DNA from: Methanotrichaceae archaeon
GTDB lineage: Archaea > Halobacteriota > Methanosarcinia > Methanotrichales > Methanotrichaceae
NCBI GenBank assembly: GCA_963748825.1
Contig: CAVVKN010000009.1
Location: 160,001 to 224,000 of the forward strand
Direction of reading: 5' to 3'
Length of the DNA stretch: 64,000 nt
Below are positions 30,821 to 40,556 of this stretch, piece by piece (the first letter of the stretch is position 1; the number at the start of each line of letters is the position of its first letter). A program made the position numbers and the translations under genes. Under the pieces are notes generated by a model. It had not been told where the DNA came from, made no database searches, and saw only the letters and a program-made list of their open reading frames with translations.

Positions 30821-31744
30821 ATGGATGTTGGAGTAATCGGCGTCGGGGCCATGGGCAGAAACCATGTGCGCGTCTACTCGGAATTGAAAGGAGTAGGCAC
30901 CGTTTATGTCTATGATCCAGTCACAGAAAATGCAGAGCGTTCCAGGGAGTTTGCTACAATCTGCAAATCATTGCCGGAGCTACTTGACAAAGTGGATGCG
31001 GTCAGCATATGCGTGCCGACCAGGTACCACTTCGATACTGCCAAAAAAGTCATCGATGCCGGCGTAAACTGCCTTATCGAAAAGCCCATCACTTTGACTG
31101 TCGAGGAAGGACTGCAGCTCCTAAGAATCATCGAGGGCAAAGAGCTGGTCGTAGGAGTGGGCCACATTGAGAGGTTCAACCCAATCGTTGCGGAGATGAC
31201 AAAGATCGCACAGCGGCCCGATTATGTAGCCATCAAGAGACATAATCCCACTTCAAGCCGCATCACCGATGCCTCCGTGGTAGAGGACCTCATGATCCAC
31301 GACATCGATATAGCCTTCAATGTGCTTTTCAAGGGCGAATGCGACTACAAGATTTTCAGTGCCGGGAGCGGGAACGTCTGCGAGGCGATGGCCGCCTTCC
31401 CGGGCTGTGTGGTCTCCATCTCCGCCAGCCGCCTATCCTCCAAGAAGTTTCGCACATTTTATGTCGAGTCCGAGGACTTTACGGCAGAGGGCGACTTCAT
31501 GACCCAGGAGGTTTACATATACCGAAAACCTGGAAAGTACAAGGTGGAAAATGAGCGGTATATGCAGGAGAACATCATCGAAAAGGTCCTGGTAAACAAG
31601 GTCGAGCCCTTAAAGGTAGAGCTGAAGACATTCTTGGACTGTGTCAAGACCAAGAAGAGCTTCCCCGTCACGCCCCAAGAGGCCCTGAAGAACCTGCAAA
31701 TCTGCGAGCAGATCAAGCAGGGATTAGAAATCAAGAAGCCTTAG
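30821..31744 (+). CDS. Gfo/Idh/MocA oxidoreductase (WbpB-like)
   Basis: GVGAMG, EKP, GHIERFNP and DLMIHDID motifs. Confidence 0.9.
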   Translation: MDVGVIGVGAMGRNHVRVYSELKGVGTVYVYDPVTENAERSREFATICKSLPELLDKVDAVSICVPTRYHFDTAKKVIDAGVNCLIEKPITLTVEEGLQLLRIIEGKELVVGVGHIERFNPIVAEMTKIAQRPDYVAIKRHNPTSSRITDASVVEDLMIHDIDIAFNVLFKGECDYKIFSAGSGNVCEAMAAFPGCVVSISASRLSSKKFRTFYVESEDFTAEGDFMTQEVYIYRKPGKYKVENERYMQENIIEKVLVNKVEPLKVELKTFLDCVKTKKSFPVTPQEALKNLQICEQIKQGLEIKKP

Positions 31745-31755
31745 GATGATGGAAA

Positions 31756-32331
31756 ATGACGGAAAGCAATAGCTACTATGTCCATCCCACGGCCATAGTC
31801 GAGAGCGAGATAATAGGTGAGGGCACAAAGATCTGGCACTTTGCTCACGTACGCAAAGGCTCGAAGATCGGCGAGAACTGCAACATAGGAAAAAGCGTTT
31901 ACATCGACATTGACGCCGAGATCGGCAACAATGTGAAGATCCAGAACTTCGTCTCCATTTATAAGGGCGTGATCATCGAAGACGATGTCTTCGTAGGCCC
32001 TTCTGCGACCTTCACCAATGATCTGTATCCGCGTGCGTTTATCTGGGATGAAAGCCACGTTTCTGCCACGCGCATCTGCCGGGGCGCTAGCATCGGGGCC
32101 AATGCCACACTTGTCTGCGGAATAACCGTAGGTGAGTATGCCATGATCGGCGCGGGAAGCGTAGTGGCGAAGGACGTGCCGCCTTTTGCTCTCGTGCTAG
32201 GCAATCCCGGCCGGCAAAAGGGGTGGGTCTGCTATTGCGGCCATAGGCTGAAGGGAGATGCCATACAAAGCAGCAATAAGTCGATTTATGAATGCCAGGC
32301 CTGTGGAAAGAGTGTAGGGATCACGAAATAG
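31756..32331 (+). CDS. Hexapeptide N-acetyltransferase (WbpD-like)
   Basis: IWHFAHV, KIQNFVS, FTNDLYPR, GNP and C-terminal CxC/CxxC. Confidence 0.9.
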   Translation: MTESNSYYVHPTAIVESEIIGEGTKIWHFAHVRKGSKIGENCNIGKSVYIDIDAEIGNNVKIQNFVSIYKGVIIEDDVFVGPSATFTNDLYPRAFIWDESHVSATRICRGASIGANATLVCGITVGEYAMIGAGSVVAKDVPPFALVLGNPGRQKGWVCYCGHRLKGDAIQSSNKSIYECQACGKSVGITK

Positions 32332-32370
32332 AAGACCAATTAAGGGCGTGGATGAGGAAGGATAATAGAG

Positions 32371-33561
32371 ATGTCTGAAGAATGTGCAACGATCGCGATT
32401 ATCGGCCTAGGCAATGCCGGGCTGCCGTTAGCTGCAGTTGTGGCAGACAGCGGTATTAAGGTCATGGGCGTGGACATTAATGAAGAGCGCTGCCGGCTGA
32501 TTAACAGTGGGGAAAATCCCATTCCCGAGGAAGCGGGCTTAGAAGAGCTTATCAAACTGCACGGTGGCAAGCAGCTCGTGGCAACTCCCCGATTCGAGGA
32601 TGCGAGAAGCTGCCAAACCTTCATAGTGATTGTGCCTGTCTTTGTGGACGGCGGCAATAATCCCGACTTCTCAATTATGCAGAAAGCACTCCATTCTCTG
32701 GGCAGGATCCTGAAAAAGGGAGATCTGGTGGTTTTGGAGACGACTTTTCCGCCGGGAACTACAGAGGGCATGGCGGCAAGCCTGCTATGTGAGTCGAGCG
32801 GCCTTTCTGAGAGCGACTTTTTCCTGGCCTATTCACCAGAGAGAATAATGACCGGCTATAGTCTCTCGCGACTCCGGGAATTTCCCAAAGTGATCGGCGG
32901 CAGGGACGAAGAGAGCGGGATAGTTGCCTATCAGGTCTATAAAAAATTCATCTGCAACCTTCATCTGGTCTCCTCGGCCAAAGTGGCGGAGATGATCAAG
33001 GTCATGGAGGGCTGCTATCGCGATGTAAATATCGCTTTGGCCAATGAACTCTTCAAAATTTGCCGGGATCTTGGGATCGACTTTTTCGAGGCAAGAGAGA
33101 AGGCCAACCACCAGTTCTGCCACATTCACCTGCCCTCCACCGGCGTAGGCGGCCACTGCATTCCTGTATACCCCTGGTTTCTCATAAAAGAGATGGAAAA
33201 GAGAGAGCACTTCAGCAATTGCCGCTTGCTCTGTGTCTCGCGAGAGGTCAACGACGAGATGATCCGCTACTGGGCGGAAAGAATATTGCTGGAGTGCATG
33301 AAAATCAACAAGCCGCTTCTAAGCATTAAGATCTGCATCAAGGGCATAACTTTCCGGGCGGGTGTCAAAGAGTTCTATCATAGCCGCAACCTGGGCCTGG
33401 TGAGATTGCTGGCCGACAAAGGGCTGGATGTCTATGTCGCCGATCCTCTTCTCACCCGGGATGAAGTGATAGGAAAAGGCCTTCGATATATCAAACCTGA
33501 AGAGTCTGATTTGATCTTCGACCCCTTTGAACTGAAATTTGATATGTCAGGAATAAATTGA
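32371..33561 (+). CDS. Nucleotide-sugar 6-dehydrogenase (WbpA/WecC-like)
   Basis: GLGNAGLP, YSPER, YRDVNIALANE and GVGGHCIP motifs. Confidence 0.92.
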   Translation: MSEECATIAIIGLGNAGLPLAAVVADSGIKVMGVDINEERCRLINSGENPIPEEAGLEELIKLHGGKQLVATPRFEDARSCQTFIVIVPVFVDGGNNPDFSIMQKALHSLGRILKKGDLVVLETTFPPGTTEGMAASLLCESSGLSESDFFLAYSPERIMTGYSLSRLREFPKVIGGRDEESGIVAYQVYKKFICNLHLVSSAKVAEMIKVMEGCYRDVNIALANELFKICRDLGIDFFEAREKANHQFCHIHLPSTGVGGHCIPVYPWFLIKEMEKREHFSNCRLLCVSREVNDEMIRYWAERILLECMKINKPLLSIKICIKGITFRAGVKEFYHSRNLGLVRLLADKGLDVYVADPLLTRDEVIGKGLRYIKPEESDLIFDPFELKFDMSGIN

Positions 33562-33572
33562 GGAGAAGTTCA

Positions 33573-34658
33573 ATGAAGATAGCATCGATAGTTGGCGCCA
33601 GGCCGAACTTCATCAAATTGGCACCATTATCCAGGGAGCTGAGAAGACGGGGACTTGATGAAGTAATAATTCACACCGGTCAGCATTATAACTATGAGAT
33701 GGACAAGATATTCTTCGATGACATGGGCATACCGGCCCCTGATTACCACATGGGAATAGGCTCGGGCAGTCATGGCTTTCAGACGGGAGAGATGCTGAGG
33801 AAGGTGGAGGAGGCTCTCGTGGCTGAGAAGCCGGATGCGGTTATAGTCTTCGGCGACACCAACTCCACCCTGGCAGGAAGCCTGGCGGCTGCAAAGCTGC
33901 ATATCAAGAGCGCTCATGTCGAGGCAGGTCTCAGATCCTTTGACAAGCGCATGCCCGAGGAGATCAACCGAGTGCTTGTGGACCATTGCTCCGATTTGCT
34001 GCTCTGTCCGACCAAGACTGCCGTGGACAACTTAAGAAGAGAGGGCATAACAAAGAATGTTTATCTGACAGGAGATGTGATGGTGGATGCGCAAAAGGAT
34101 TGCGAACGGATTGCCGAGAATAAATCACATATCCTGGAAGACCTGGAACTTTCGCCCAACGATTACTACTTGGCCACTGTGCACAGGGCATCGAACACTG
34201 ATGACCCGGACAAACTCAGAGCGATCACAGAGGCGCTCAAAGATCTGGAAAATGTGGTCTTTCCCTGCCATCCCAGAGCCGAGAAATATCTGAGAGAATT
34301 TGGCCTGTGGGACGATCTGATCAGGAAGATCGAGGTGATCAAGCCGGTGGGGTATCTGGACATGCTCCTCCTGGAGAAGAACGCCAAAAAGATAATCACC
34401 GACTCGGGCGGCGTGCAGAAGGAAGCCTATCTGCTGGGTATTGCCTGCATAACTCTGAGAGACGAAACTGAATGGGTGGAAACAGTAGAGGATGGGTGGA
34501 ATGTTCTTGTTGGCCCGAACCGGGAGAAGATCATTTCATTAGCCAGATGCTTTGAGCCCAGCCATGAGCGTCAGGATGTATTCGGAAAGGGCGATGCAAG
34601 CATCAAGATCGTGGATTTGGTGGAAAACATTTTGCATGAAAAAACAGGTGGATCTTGA
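33573..34658 (+). CDS. wecB: Non-hydrolysing UDP-N-acetylhexosamine 2-epimerase (WecB/WbpI-like)
   Basis: GARPNFIK, HTGQHY, GDTNS, HVEAGLRS, PEEINR and TDSGGVQKEA motifs. Confidence 0.93.
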   Translation: MKIASIVGARPNFIKLAPLSRELRRRGLDEVIIHTGQHYNYEMDKIFFDDMGIPAPDYHMGIGSGSHGFQTGEMLRKVEEALVAEKPDAVIVFGDTNSTLAGSLAAAKLHIKSAHVEAGLRSFDKRMPEEINRVLVDHCSDLLLCPTKTAVDNLRREGITKNVYLTGDVMVDAQKDCERIAENKSHILEDLELSPNDYYLATVHRASNTDDPDKLRAITEALKDLENVVFPCHPRAEKYLREFGLWDDLIRKIEVIKPVGYLDMLLLEKNAKKIITDSGGVQKEAYLLGIACITLRDETEWVETVEDGWNVLVGPNREKIISLARCFEPSHERQDVFGKGDASIKIVDLVENILHEKTGGS

Positions 34659-35650
34659 AAGTACTTCTTTTAGCCAATCAGCCGGAGAGGACCACGCGGC
34701 TGAATATGTTCGCGGGCACTCTCAAATCCCAGGGACATGAGGTGATCATTCCCAGTTTCGGCACAAAAAATTGGATCAGAATTGCCGGATTGGCGAAGAA
34801 GATCGCAAAAGAGAGGAAACCTGATGTGGTCCATATCTTTAACGTTCCCGATGTGATTTATCACAACTTTGCGAAGCTGCGGGGCCAAGGCTTCCGAAAG
34901 CTAATCTACGACTACAGGTCTCCCTGGGGCATTGAGCTTGCTCAGACCTTCGGCGCGCCTGGTAGGATACTTGCCGAGCACTTTGAAAGAGAACTGGCAA
35001 ATTCTGCAGATGTCATCACTACAGTCAACGAGCCTCTCGGAAGAAAAGTGCAGGGTTATGCCCCCGATAAGAAAGTTCAGGTGATTCCCAACTATCCTCA
35101 TCGTTCTTTCTGCACAAAAGGGGCAAAGATCGATAGCCAGGAATTTGCGATCGAGCCGGGAAGAGAGCCCATTGTATTCATAGGACGCATCTGCACCCAG
35201 GAGGGGATTGGAAAGCTTCTGGAGGTTGCCCGGGCAATACCCGAACGGGAGTTTTGGATTGTGGGCAGTGGGCCTTTTGCCGATTGGTATCTCTGGAGAA
35301 AGCCCGGTAATGTTAAGAACCTGGGCTGGCAGCCACATGAGAAAGTTGCAGCCCTAATTAACAATGCCAGGCTCTGCCTGATTCCACGTGAGGAGGACGC
35401 GCTCACCCCCTATTCCACGGACAAGAGCGTCTGGAAGCTCAATGAGTACCTGGCCATGGGGAAGGTGGTAGTGGCATCCGGCGTGACCATGGTGGAAAAG
35501 AGAAAGAACCTGGTGATTGTGAAGGCAGAAAAGCTGGAGGAGGCGGTACGGGAGAATCTCATGCGAGAGCCTGAGAGGCTCTTGGCAGAGGATTACAGGT
35601 TCTGGGATGGGAACGACCAGATTATCAGAGAGGTTTACGAGAGCCTTTAG
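34655..35650 (+). CDS. Glycosyltransferase (GT-B, GT4-like)
   Basis: FIGRI, WIVGSG and KLNEYLAMGKVVVAS motifs. Confidence 0.8.
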   Translation: MKVLLLANQPERTTRLNMFAGTLKSQGHEVIIPSFGTKNWIRIAGLAKKIAKERKPDVVHIFNVPDVIYHNFAKLRGQGFRKLIYDYRSPWGIELAQTFGAPGRILAEHFERELANSADVITTVNEPLGRKVQGYAPDKKVQVIPNYPHRSFCTKGAKIDSQEFAIEPGREPIVFIGRICTQEGIGKLLEVARAIPEREFWIVGSGPFADWYLWRKPGNVKNLGWQPHEKVAALINNARLCLIPREEDALTPYSTDKSVWKLNEYLAMGKVVVASGVTMVEKRKNLVIVKAEKLEEAVRENLMREPERLLAEDYRFWDGNDQIIREVYESL

Positions 35651-36169
35651 AACGATAAGTTCAAGGATAACGTTTTGCATCTTTCCAAGATCGGAGATCT
35701 AAAGGTTTGGTTGCATAGGAAAGTTGAAGGAACCATTAAGAGGCTGACCATAAGAAGATCAGCTACCAAAAAATGGTATGTCTCATTCTTGGTAGAAGAT
35801 GCACCCAAAGATGCCGTACCAGATTCCGAGAAAGCAGTAGGCATTGACGTGGGGATATCCAATTTTGTCGTTCTGTCAGATGGTACTTTTGTAGCAAACC
35901 AAAGATATCTAGCAGCTTGTGAAGAGAAACTTTCCACGGAACAAAGCAAGAAAGATAAACTCCCCCATAGATCACCAGAACGCAAGAAAGCTGCCAAGAA
36001 AGTCAGTCATATCTATGAACGACTTGGTAATCTCAGAGATAACTTTGCTCACCAACTCAGCCATCAGATAGTGAACGATTATGACATAATCTGCCTGGAA
36101 GATATAGATATCAAGAATCTTATCGAAAAGAAACCTTACATGACCAAGAGCGTGCTGGATGCAAGCTGG
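35651..36169 (+). mobile_element. tnpB: IS200/IS605 TnpB remnant, truncated at both ends
   Basis: LSKIG, KWYVSF, RuvC-I AVGIDVG, FAHQLS and RuvC-II ICLEDIDIKNL, ending at VLDASW. The N-terminal HTH, zinc finger and RuvC-III are absent. Confidence 0.88.
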
Positions 36170-36222
36170 AAGAAAAAAAAATGGCCTGCTAATTTTGAGC
36201 GGCTCAGCAAAAAAAGGAGACC

Positions 36223-38028
36223 TTACTCCACCGTCACGCACTTGGCAAGGTTACGAGGCTTATCAATGGGCAGGCCGAGCTTGTTTGCCGTATAATAGGA
36301 GAGAAGCTGCACGGCCACAGTGCACAGCACTGCAGAGTAGATGGGCTCTGTCTCCGGCAGCTCAATCACACGACTTGCCACCTTGGCGATATCCGGGTCT
36401 CCTTCTGTGGCCAGGGCAATTACATCTGCGCCACGTGCTCTGACCTCTTTGATATTGGACTGAATCTTCTTGCCACAGGTGGCCAGCGCCACTACCGGCG
36501 TCTTTTCCGTAATCAATGCCAGAGGCCCGTGCTTGAGCTCGCCTCCTGCGTAGCCCTCCGATGGGATGTAGGCGATCTCCTTCATCTTCAGCGCGCCTTC
36601 CAGAGAGATCGGATAGAGATAGTCCCTGCCGATGAAGAAATAGCAGCTTGCGCCCGCATAAAGCTCAGCGATCTCTTTGATCTCCCCCCTCTTCTCTAAA
36701 ACCCTCTGCACCAGGCCAGGGAGTTTGGTCAGCTCAATAAGCATCTTTCTCGCCTGATCGGGCGTCAGATGGCCACGAGCCCGGCCCAGACGTACAGCCA
36801 GCAGGATGATGGCCACGAGCTGAGCGGTGAAGGTCTTGGTAGCAGCCACGCCGATCTCCGGGCCGCAGCGAGTGTAAATCGTGCCGTCCACCAGCTCGGT
36901 CACAGTTGAGCCCACCACATTGGTTATGGCCAGGCTTCGTCCGCCGCAGGTCTTGGCCTTCTTCAGCGCCATAAGTGTATCTGCTGTCTCTCCGGACTGA
37001 GTGATGCCCAAAAGGAGAGTTCTGGGCCGCACCTGAAGGTTCAAAAACTCGGATGCTACCTCTACATCAACAGGCAGGCCGGCCACGCGAGCAAACAGGT
37101 TCTTGGCCAGCATGCCGGCATGATAGGATGTGCCGCAGGCGATGACGGTCAGCCTTTCCAGGCCTTTTATCTCCTCGTCGTCCATGCCCAATTTGAGTCG
37201 TACATCCCCATCGATCTCCGAAATGCGTCCGGCGATGGTCTCGCGAATTCCCCGCGGCTGCTCATGGATCTCTTTGAGCATGAAATGAGGATAGCCGCCC
37301 TTTTCTGCGGCGTTGGCATCCCAGGTGACACGCTCGATCTCAACCTGGCGGGGCTGGCCTTCTCGATCCATCATCTCAACCCGATCCGCATAGATGCGGG
37401 CGACCTCGCCGTCCTTCATGCGGATGATGTCTTTGGTATAAGGAAGAAGCGCAGGAACATCGGATGCTACGTAGACTGCGCTCTCGCCCTTGCCCAGCAC
37501 CAGAGGGCTGTCCTTTCTGGCGCAGACGAGGTACGGCGAGCTGGCTGCCAGCACGGCCACGGCATAAGAGCCTTCCACATGCTCCAAAGCCTTGCAAACG
37601 GCTGCGTAAAGATCGCCCTTATAATAAAAGTGAATAAGATGCGCCAGGGCCTCGCTGTCCGTCTCGGAAGAAAACACATAGCCCATCTCCGTCAAAAGCT
37701 CTCTTAGATCCAGATAGTTCTCAATTATGCCGTTATGCACTATGGCGATCTCTCCGGAGGTATGAGGATGCGCATTTTGATCGCTCGGCCGCCCGTGCGT
37801 TGCCCAGCGGGTATGGCCGATGCCCATTCTCTCTCCCGGACTGCCCAGACTCTCGTAGACCTTTTCCAGATCTGCTATTCGCCCGGCAGACTTCAGGACC
37901 TCAATCTCCCCATCAGACTTTATCGCCACTCCCGCCGAATCATAACCTCTATACTCCAGCCTTTTCAGCGTATCAAAGAGAATTGGTCCTGCCAACTGGT
38001 CACCGATATAAGCCACAATTCCGCACAT
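36223..38028 (-). CDS. glmS: Glutamine-fructose-6-phosphate transaminase
   Basis: MCGIV, GHTRWATHG, QSGETADT, ELKHGP and PRNLAKCVTVE motifs. Confidence 0.97.
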   Translation of the reverse strand: MCGIVAYIGDQLAGPILFDTLKRLEYRGYDSAGVAIKSDGEIEVLKSAGRIADLEKVYESLGSPGERMGIGHTRWATHGRPSDQNAHPHTSGEIAIVHNGIIENYLDLRELLTEMGYVFSSETDSEALAHLIHFYYKGDLYAAVCKALEHVEGSYAVAVLAASSPYLVCARKDSPLVLGKGESAVYVASDVPALLPYTKDIIRMKDGEVARIYADRVEMMDREGQPRQVEIERVTWDANAAEKGGYPHFMLKEIHEQPRGIRETIAGRISEIDGDVRLKLGMDDEEIKGLERLTVIACGTSYHAGMLAKNLFARVAGLPVDVEVASEFLNLQVRPRTLLLGITQSGETADTLMALKKAKTCGGRSLAITNVVGSTVTELVDGTIYTRCGPEIGVAATKTFTAQLVAIILLAVRLGRARGHLTPDQARKMLIELTKLPGLVQRVLEKRGEIKEIAELYAGASCYFFIGRDYLYPISLEGALKMKEIAYIPSEGYAGGELKHGPLALITEKTPVVALATCGKKIQSNIKEVRARGADVIALATEGDPDIAKVASRVIELPETEPIYSAVLCTVAVQLLSYYTANKLGLPIDKPRNLAKCVTVE

Positions 38029-39227
38029 CAGCTTATCACCCTGCTCTCCCTCTCAATCCAGCCGCGAATAGACGAGCCCGAGCCTATACGCGCACCCGTG
38101 CCCACAACCGTTCCCGGGCTGACCAGAACTCTGCTTCCTGCAGTCACATCATCGGCAAATATAGCCCCGAACTCAGCCCTTTGAAAAGCTTCCTCCACCT
38201 CTACCACACAGGGCCCCGTCTCGATGGCCAGTTGGTCTCCTAAAGTGCAGCTTGCTCCTATAATCGAGTCGGAAATAATAGACCCGGAGCCGATCCTGGC
38301 ATCATTCATGATTATGCTGTTTCTTACCTCAGAATGTGAACCGATCCTGGCCGAGTCACCTACGGAAGTAGACGGCAGGATGATGGCACCGGGACCTATA
38401 TCGCAGTCCTCGCCGATACAGACCGGGCCCACCAGATAAGATCCGGAGCGGATAATGCTGCCCTCGCCCACCTCCACCGGGCCTTTGATCCTGACGCCCT
38501 CTTCCACCTCCCCAGCGATCTTTGTATCCTGCATGCCCAAAGCCAGGTTGTTGGCATTGAGAAGATCCCAGGCAAATATGGCATCTGCCCATATGCCTTT
38601 GCTGATCTGGGGTACGATCTCTTTTCCATCCGCGATCATCTGAGATATGGTCTCGGTCAGCTCGTAAGATCCTCGCTCCGATATGGGAGTATGGCGAAGA
38701 TCTTCAAAGATGGCAGGACTGAATTTGTAGGCTCCCGTATTGAGAATTCCGGAACATGGCCTTCCCGGCTTCTCGATTATTGCCTTTACTCTCTCCTGTT
38801 CGATCATTAAGACCCCGTAGTCGCCGGAATGCCGGCGAAGAGCAGCCAATATCACGTTATCTCCCTTGGCCGAGATCAGCTCCTTGACCGCCCTTGCATC
38901 TATGAGATTGTCTCCGTTGACCACGAGAAATTCCTCATTCACATAGCTTTCAGCTTTGCGCAGGGCATGAGCCGTCCCCAAAAGCTCATTTTGTTCGAGG
39001 TAAGTGATCTTTACGCCAAAATCAAGACCATCCTCGAAATAGTCCATGACCCTTTCTTTCTGATAGCCCACTACAATGTAGAGATCTCGAATGCCGTTTG
39101 CAGCCAGAGCCGAAATGACGTGCTCCATGAAAGGACGGTTTCCCACAGGAAGCATGACCTTGGATCTGGTCTGGGTAAGTGGCCTGCATCTGCGGCCTTC
39201 TCCAGCCGCCAATATGACACCCTTCAA
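38028..39227 (-). CDS. Second GlmU-like sugar-phosphate nucleotidyltransferase
   Basis: LAAGEGRRCRPLT, LGTAHA, RGSYELTE and hexapeptide repeats. The likely start is the TTG near 39227. Confidence 0.88.
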   Translation of the reverse strand: MKGVILAAGEGRRCRPLTQTRSKVMLPVGNRPFMEHVISALAANGIRDLYIVVGYQKERVMDYFEDGLDFGVKITYLEQNELLGTAHALRKAESYVNEEFLVVNGDNLIDARAVKELISAKGDNVILAALRRHSGDYGVLMIEQERVKAIIEKPGRPCSGILNTGAYKFSPAIFEDLRHTPISERGSYELTETISQMIADGKEIVPQISKGIWADAIFAWDLLNANNLALGMQDTKIAGEVEEGVRIKGPVEVGEGSIIRSGSYLVGPVCIGEDCDIGPGAIILPSTSVGDSARIGSHSEVRNSIIMNDARIGSGSIISDSIIGASCTLGDQLAIETGPCVVEVEEAFQRAEFGAIFADDVTAGSRVLVSPGTVVGTGARIGSGSSIRGWIERESRVIS

Positions 39228-39382
39228 ATCTATCACAGCCTGGATATCTAGAACTGATACATCAAGCACGGCTTGCTTTAGATCTTTTCGGTCAATAATT
39301 CTCAAAAAATATGAATAGAGATGAACAGGCCCAGGCTTTTATAGGAGCAGCTAATAAAACAGCAGGCGAGACGAAAGATAAG

Positions 39383-40504
39383 ATGAAGATACTGGTAATA
39401 CCCACGACAGACTGGATCAGGCATCCAGTTCCCAATCGGCTCAATTTCATCTTCGATTCTCTGGCCGAGGAGCACGATGTGTATGTGCTGCATTTCGGCC
39501 TGAAGAGGTTTTCGAATCTTGAGGCAAGGGAAACGAAATGCAGGCTGGTGGAAGCGAGCTGGATTAAGGTCGATGACCCTTCTCTCTATTACCTATTGAA
39601 CTTCCCATATCACTTATGGAAAATCAGAAGCATTGTGAAGAAGCTGGACATAGACGTTATCCTCTCCACCAATATTTTGCCATCCTTTGCCGCAAACTTC
39701 GCGCACTCGCCAGTCGTATTCGACTATCTGGATCATCTGGAGGAATCGGCATCGATTTACTATCCCGGATCGGCCCTGGGTGAGATCGTCAAGCAGGTGG
39801 TAAGCCTCATCACCAAATACAATCTCCGCCATGCCCACTCCGTCATTACAATTACCCGTGAGCTTTCGGAATTTCTGCGGGACCTGGGTGTAAAAGACAT
39901 AGCTGTGATCCCCAATGGCGTGGATACAAAGCTTCTCAAGCCACTTTCCATGCAGGAAGCCAAGAAATCCCTGGGCCTGACGGGTGTGGTCCTGGGCTAC
40001 GTGGGCTCGCTCGAGCACTGGGTGGATCTGGAGACCGTTGTGTCGGCTCTGCCGCACATCGATGCAACTTTGCTCGTTGTAGGGCCGGGGCTTTTTACCG
40101 ATTATGGGGACCGAATAAAGAAGATGGCAGAAGATCTGGGTGTTAAGGACAGGATAGTCTTCACGGGCGCGGTGAAGTATGCCGAGCTGTCTCGCTATAT
40201 TTCTGCTATGGATATAGGTCTCAATCCCCTGAAGATGATGAAGAAGAACGAGTACGCCGCGGGGGGCAAGGTCTTCAATTATCTGGCCTGCGGCAGGCCG
40301 GTGCTCTCCAGCCGCATGATCTCTCTGGAAAAGCTGCTGGGAGATGAGATATACTACTACGATGATGTGAAGAGCTTCACATTGCAGGTAAAGAACGTCT
40401 TGGCTGCAGGAATCGATGAGAAGAGATACAGGTCCCTGGCCGAGAAGTACGACTGGAGAGAGATTGCCAGCAGTTATGAAGATGTCCTGAGGAAGGCGGC
40501 ATGA
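39383..40504 (+). CDS. Glycosyltransferase family 4
   Basis: IPNGVD, GYVGSL and KVFNYLACGRPV motifs. Confidence 0.88.
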   Translation: MKILVIPTTDWIRHPVPNRLNFIFDSLAEEHDVYVLHFGLKRFSNLEARETKCRLVEASWIKVDDPSLYYLLNFPYHLWKIRSIVKKLDIDVILSTNILPSFAANFAHSPVVFDYLDHLEESASIYYPGSALGEIVKQVVSLITKYNLRHAHSVITITRELSEFLRDLGVKDIAVIPNGVDTKLLKPLSMQEAKKSLGLTGVVLGYVGSLEHWVDLETVVSALPHIDATLLVVGPGLFTDYGDRIKKMAEDLGVKDRIVFTGAVKYAELSRYISAMDIGLNPLKMMKKNEYAAGGKVFNYLACGRPVLSSRMISLEKLLGDEIYYYDDVKSFTLQVKNVLAAGIDEKRYRSLAEKYDWREIASSYEDVLRKAA

Positions 40505-40556
40505 ATTCTCTTGGCCAGGAATTGGAGGCGGAAAGCCTCTGTGAGTGGCAATTTTG

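Noticed and set aside
35651-36295. Active TnpB/Cas12-like system with an omegaRNA
   Set aside because: The protein lacks its N-terminus, zinc finger and RuvC-III, and the ORF tail simply runs into the glmS terminator region.
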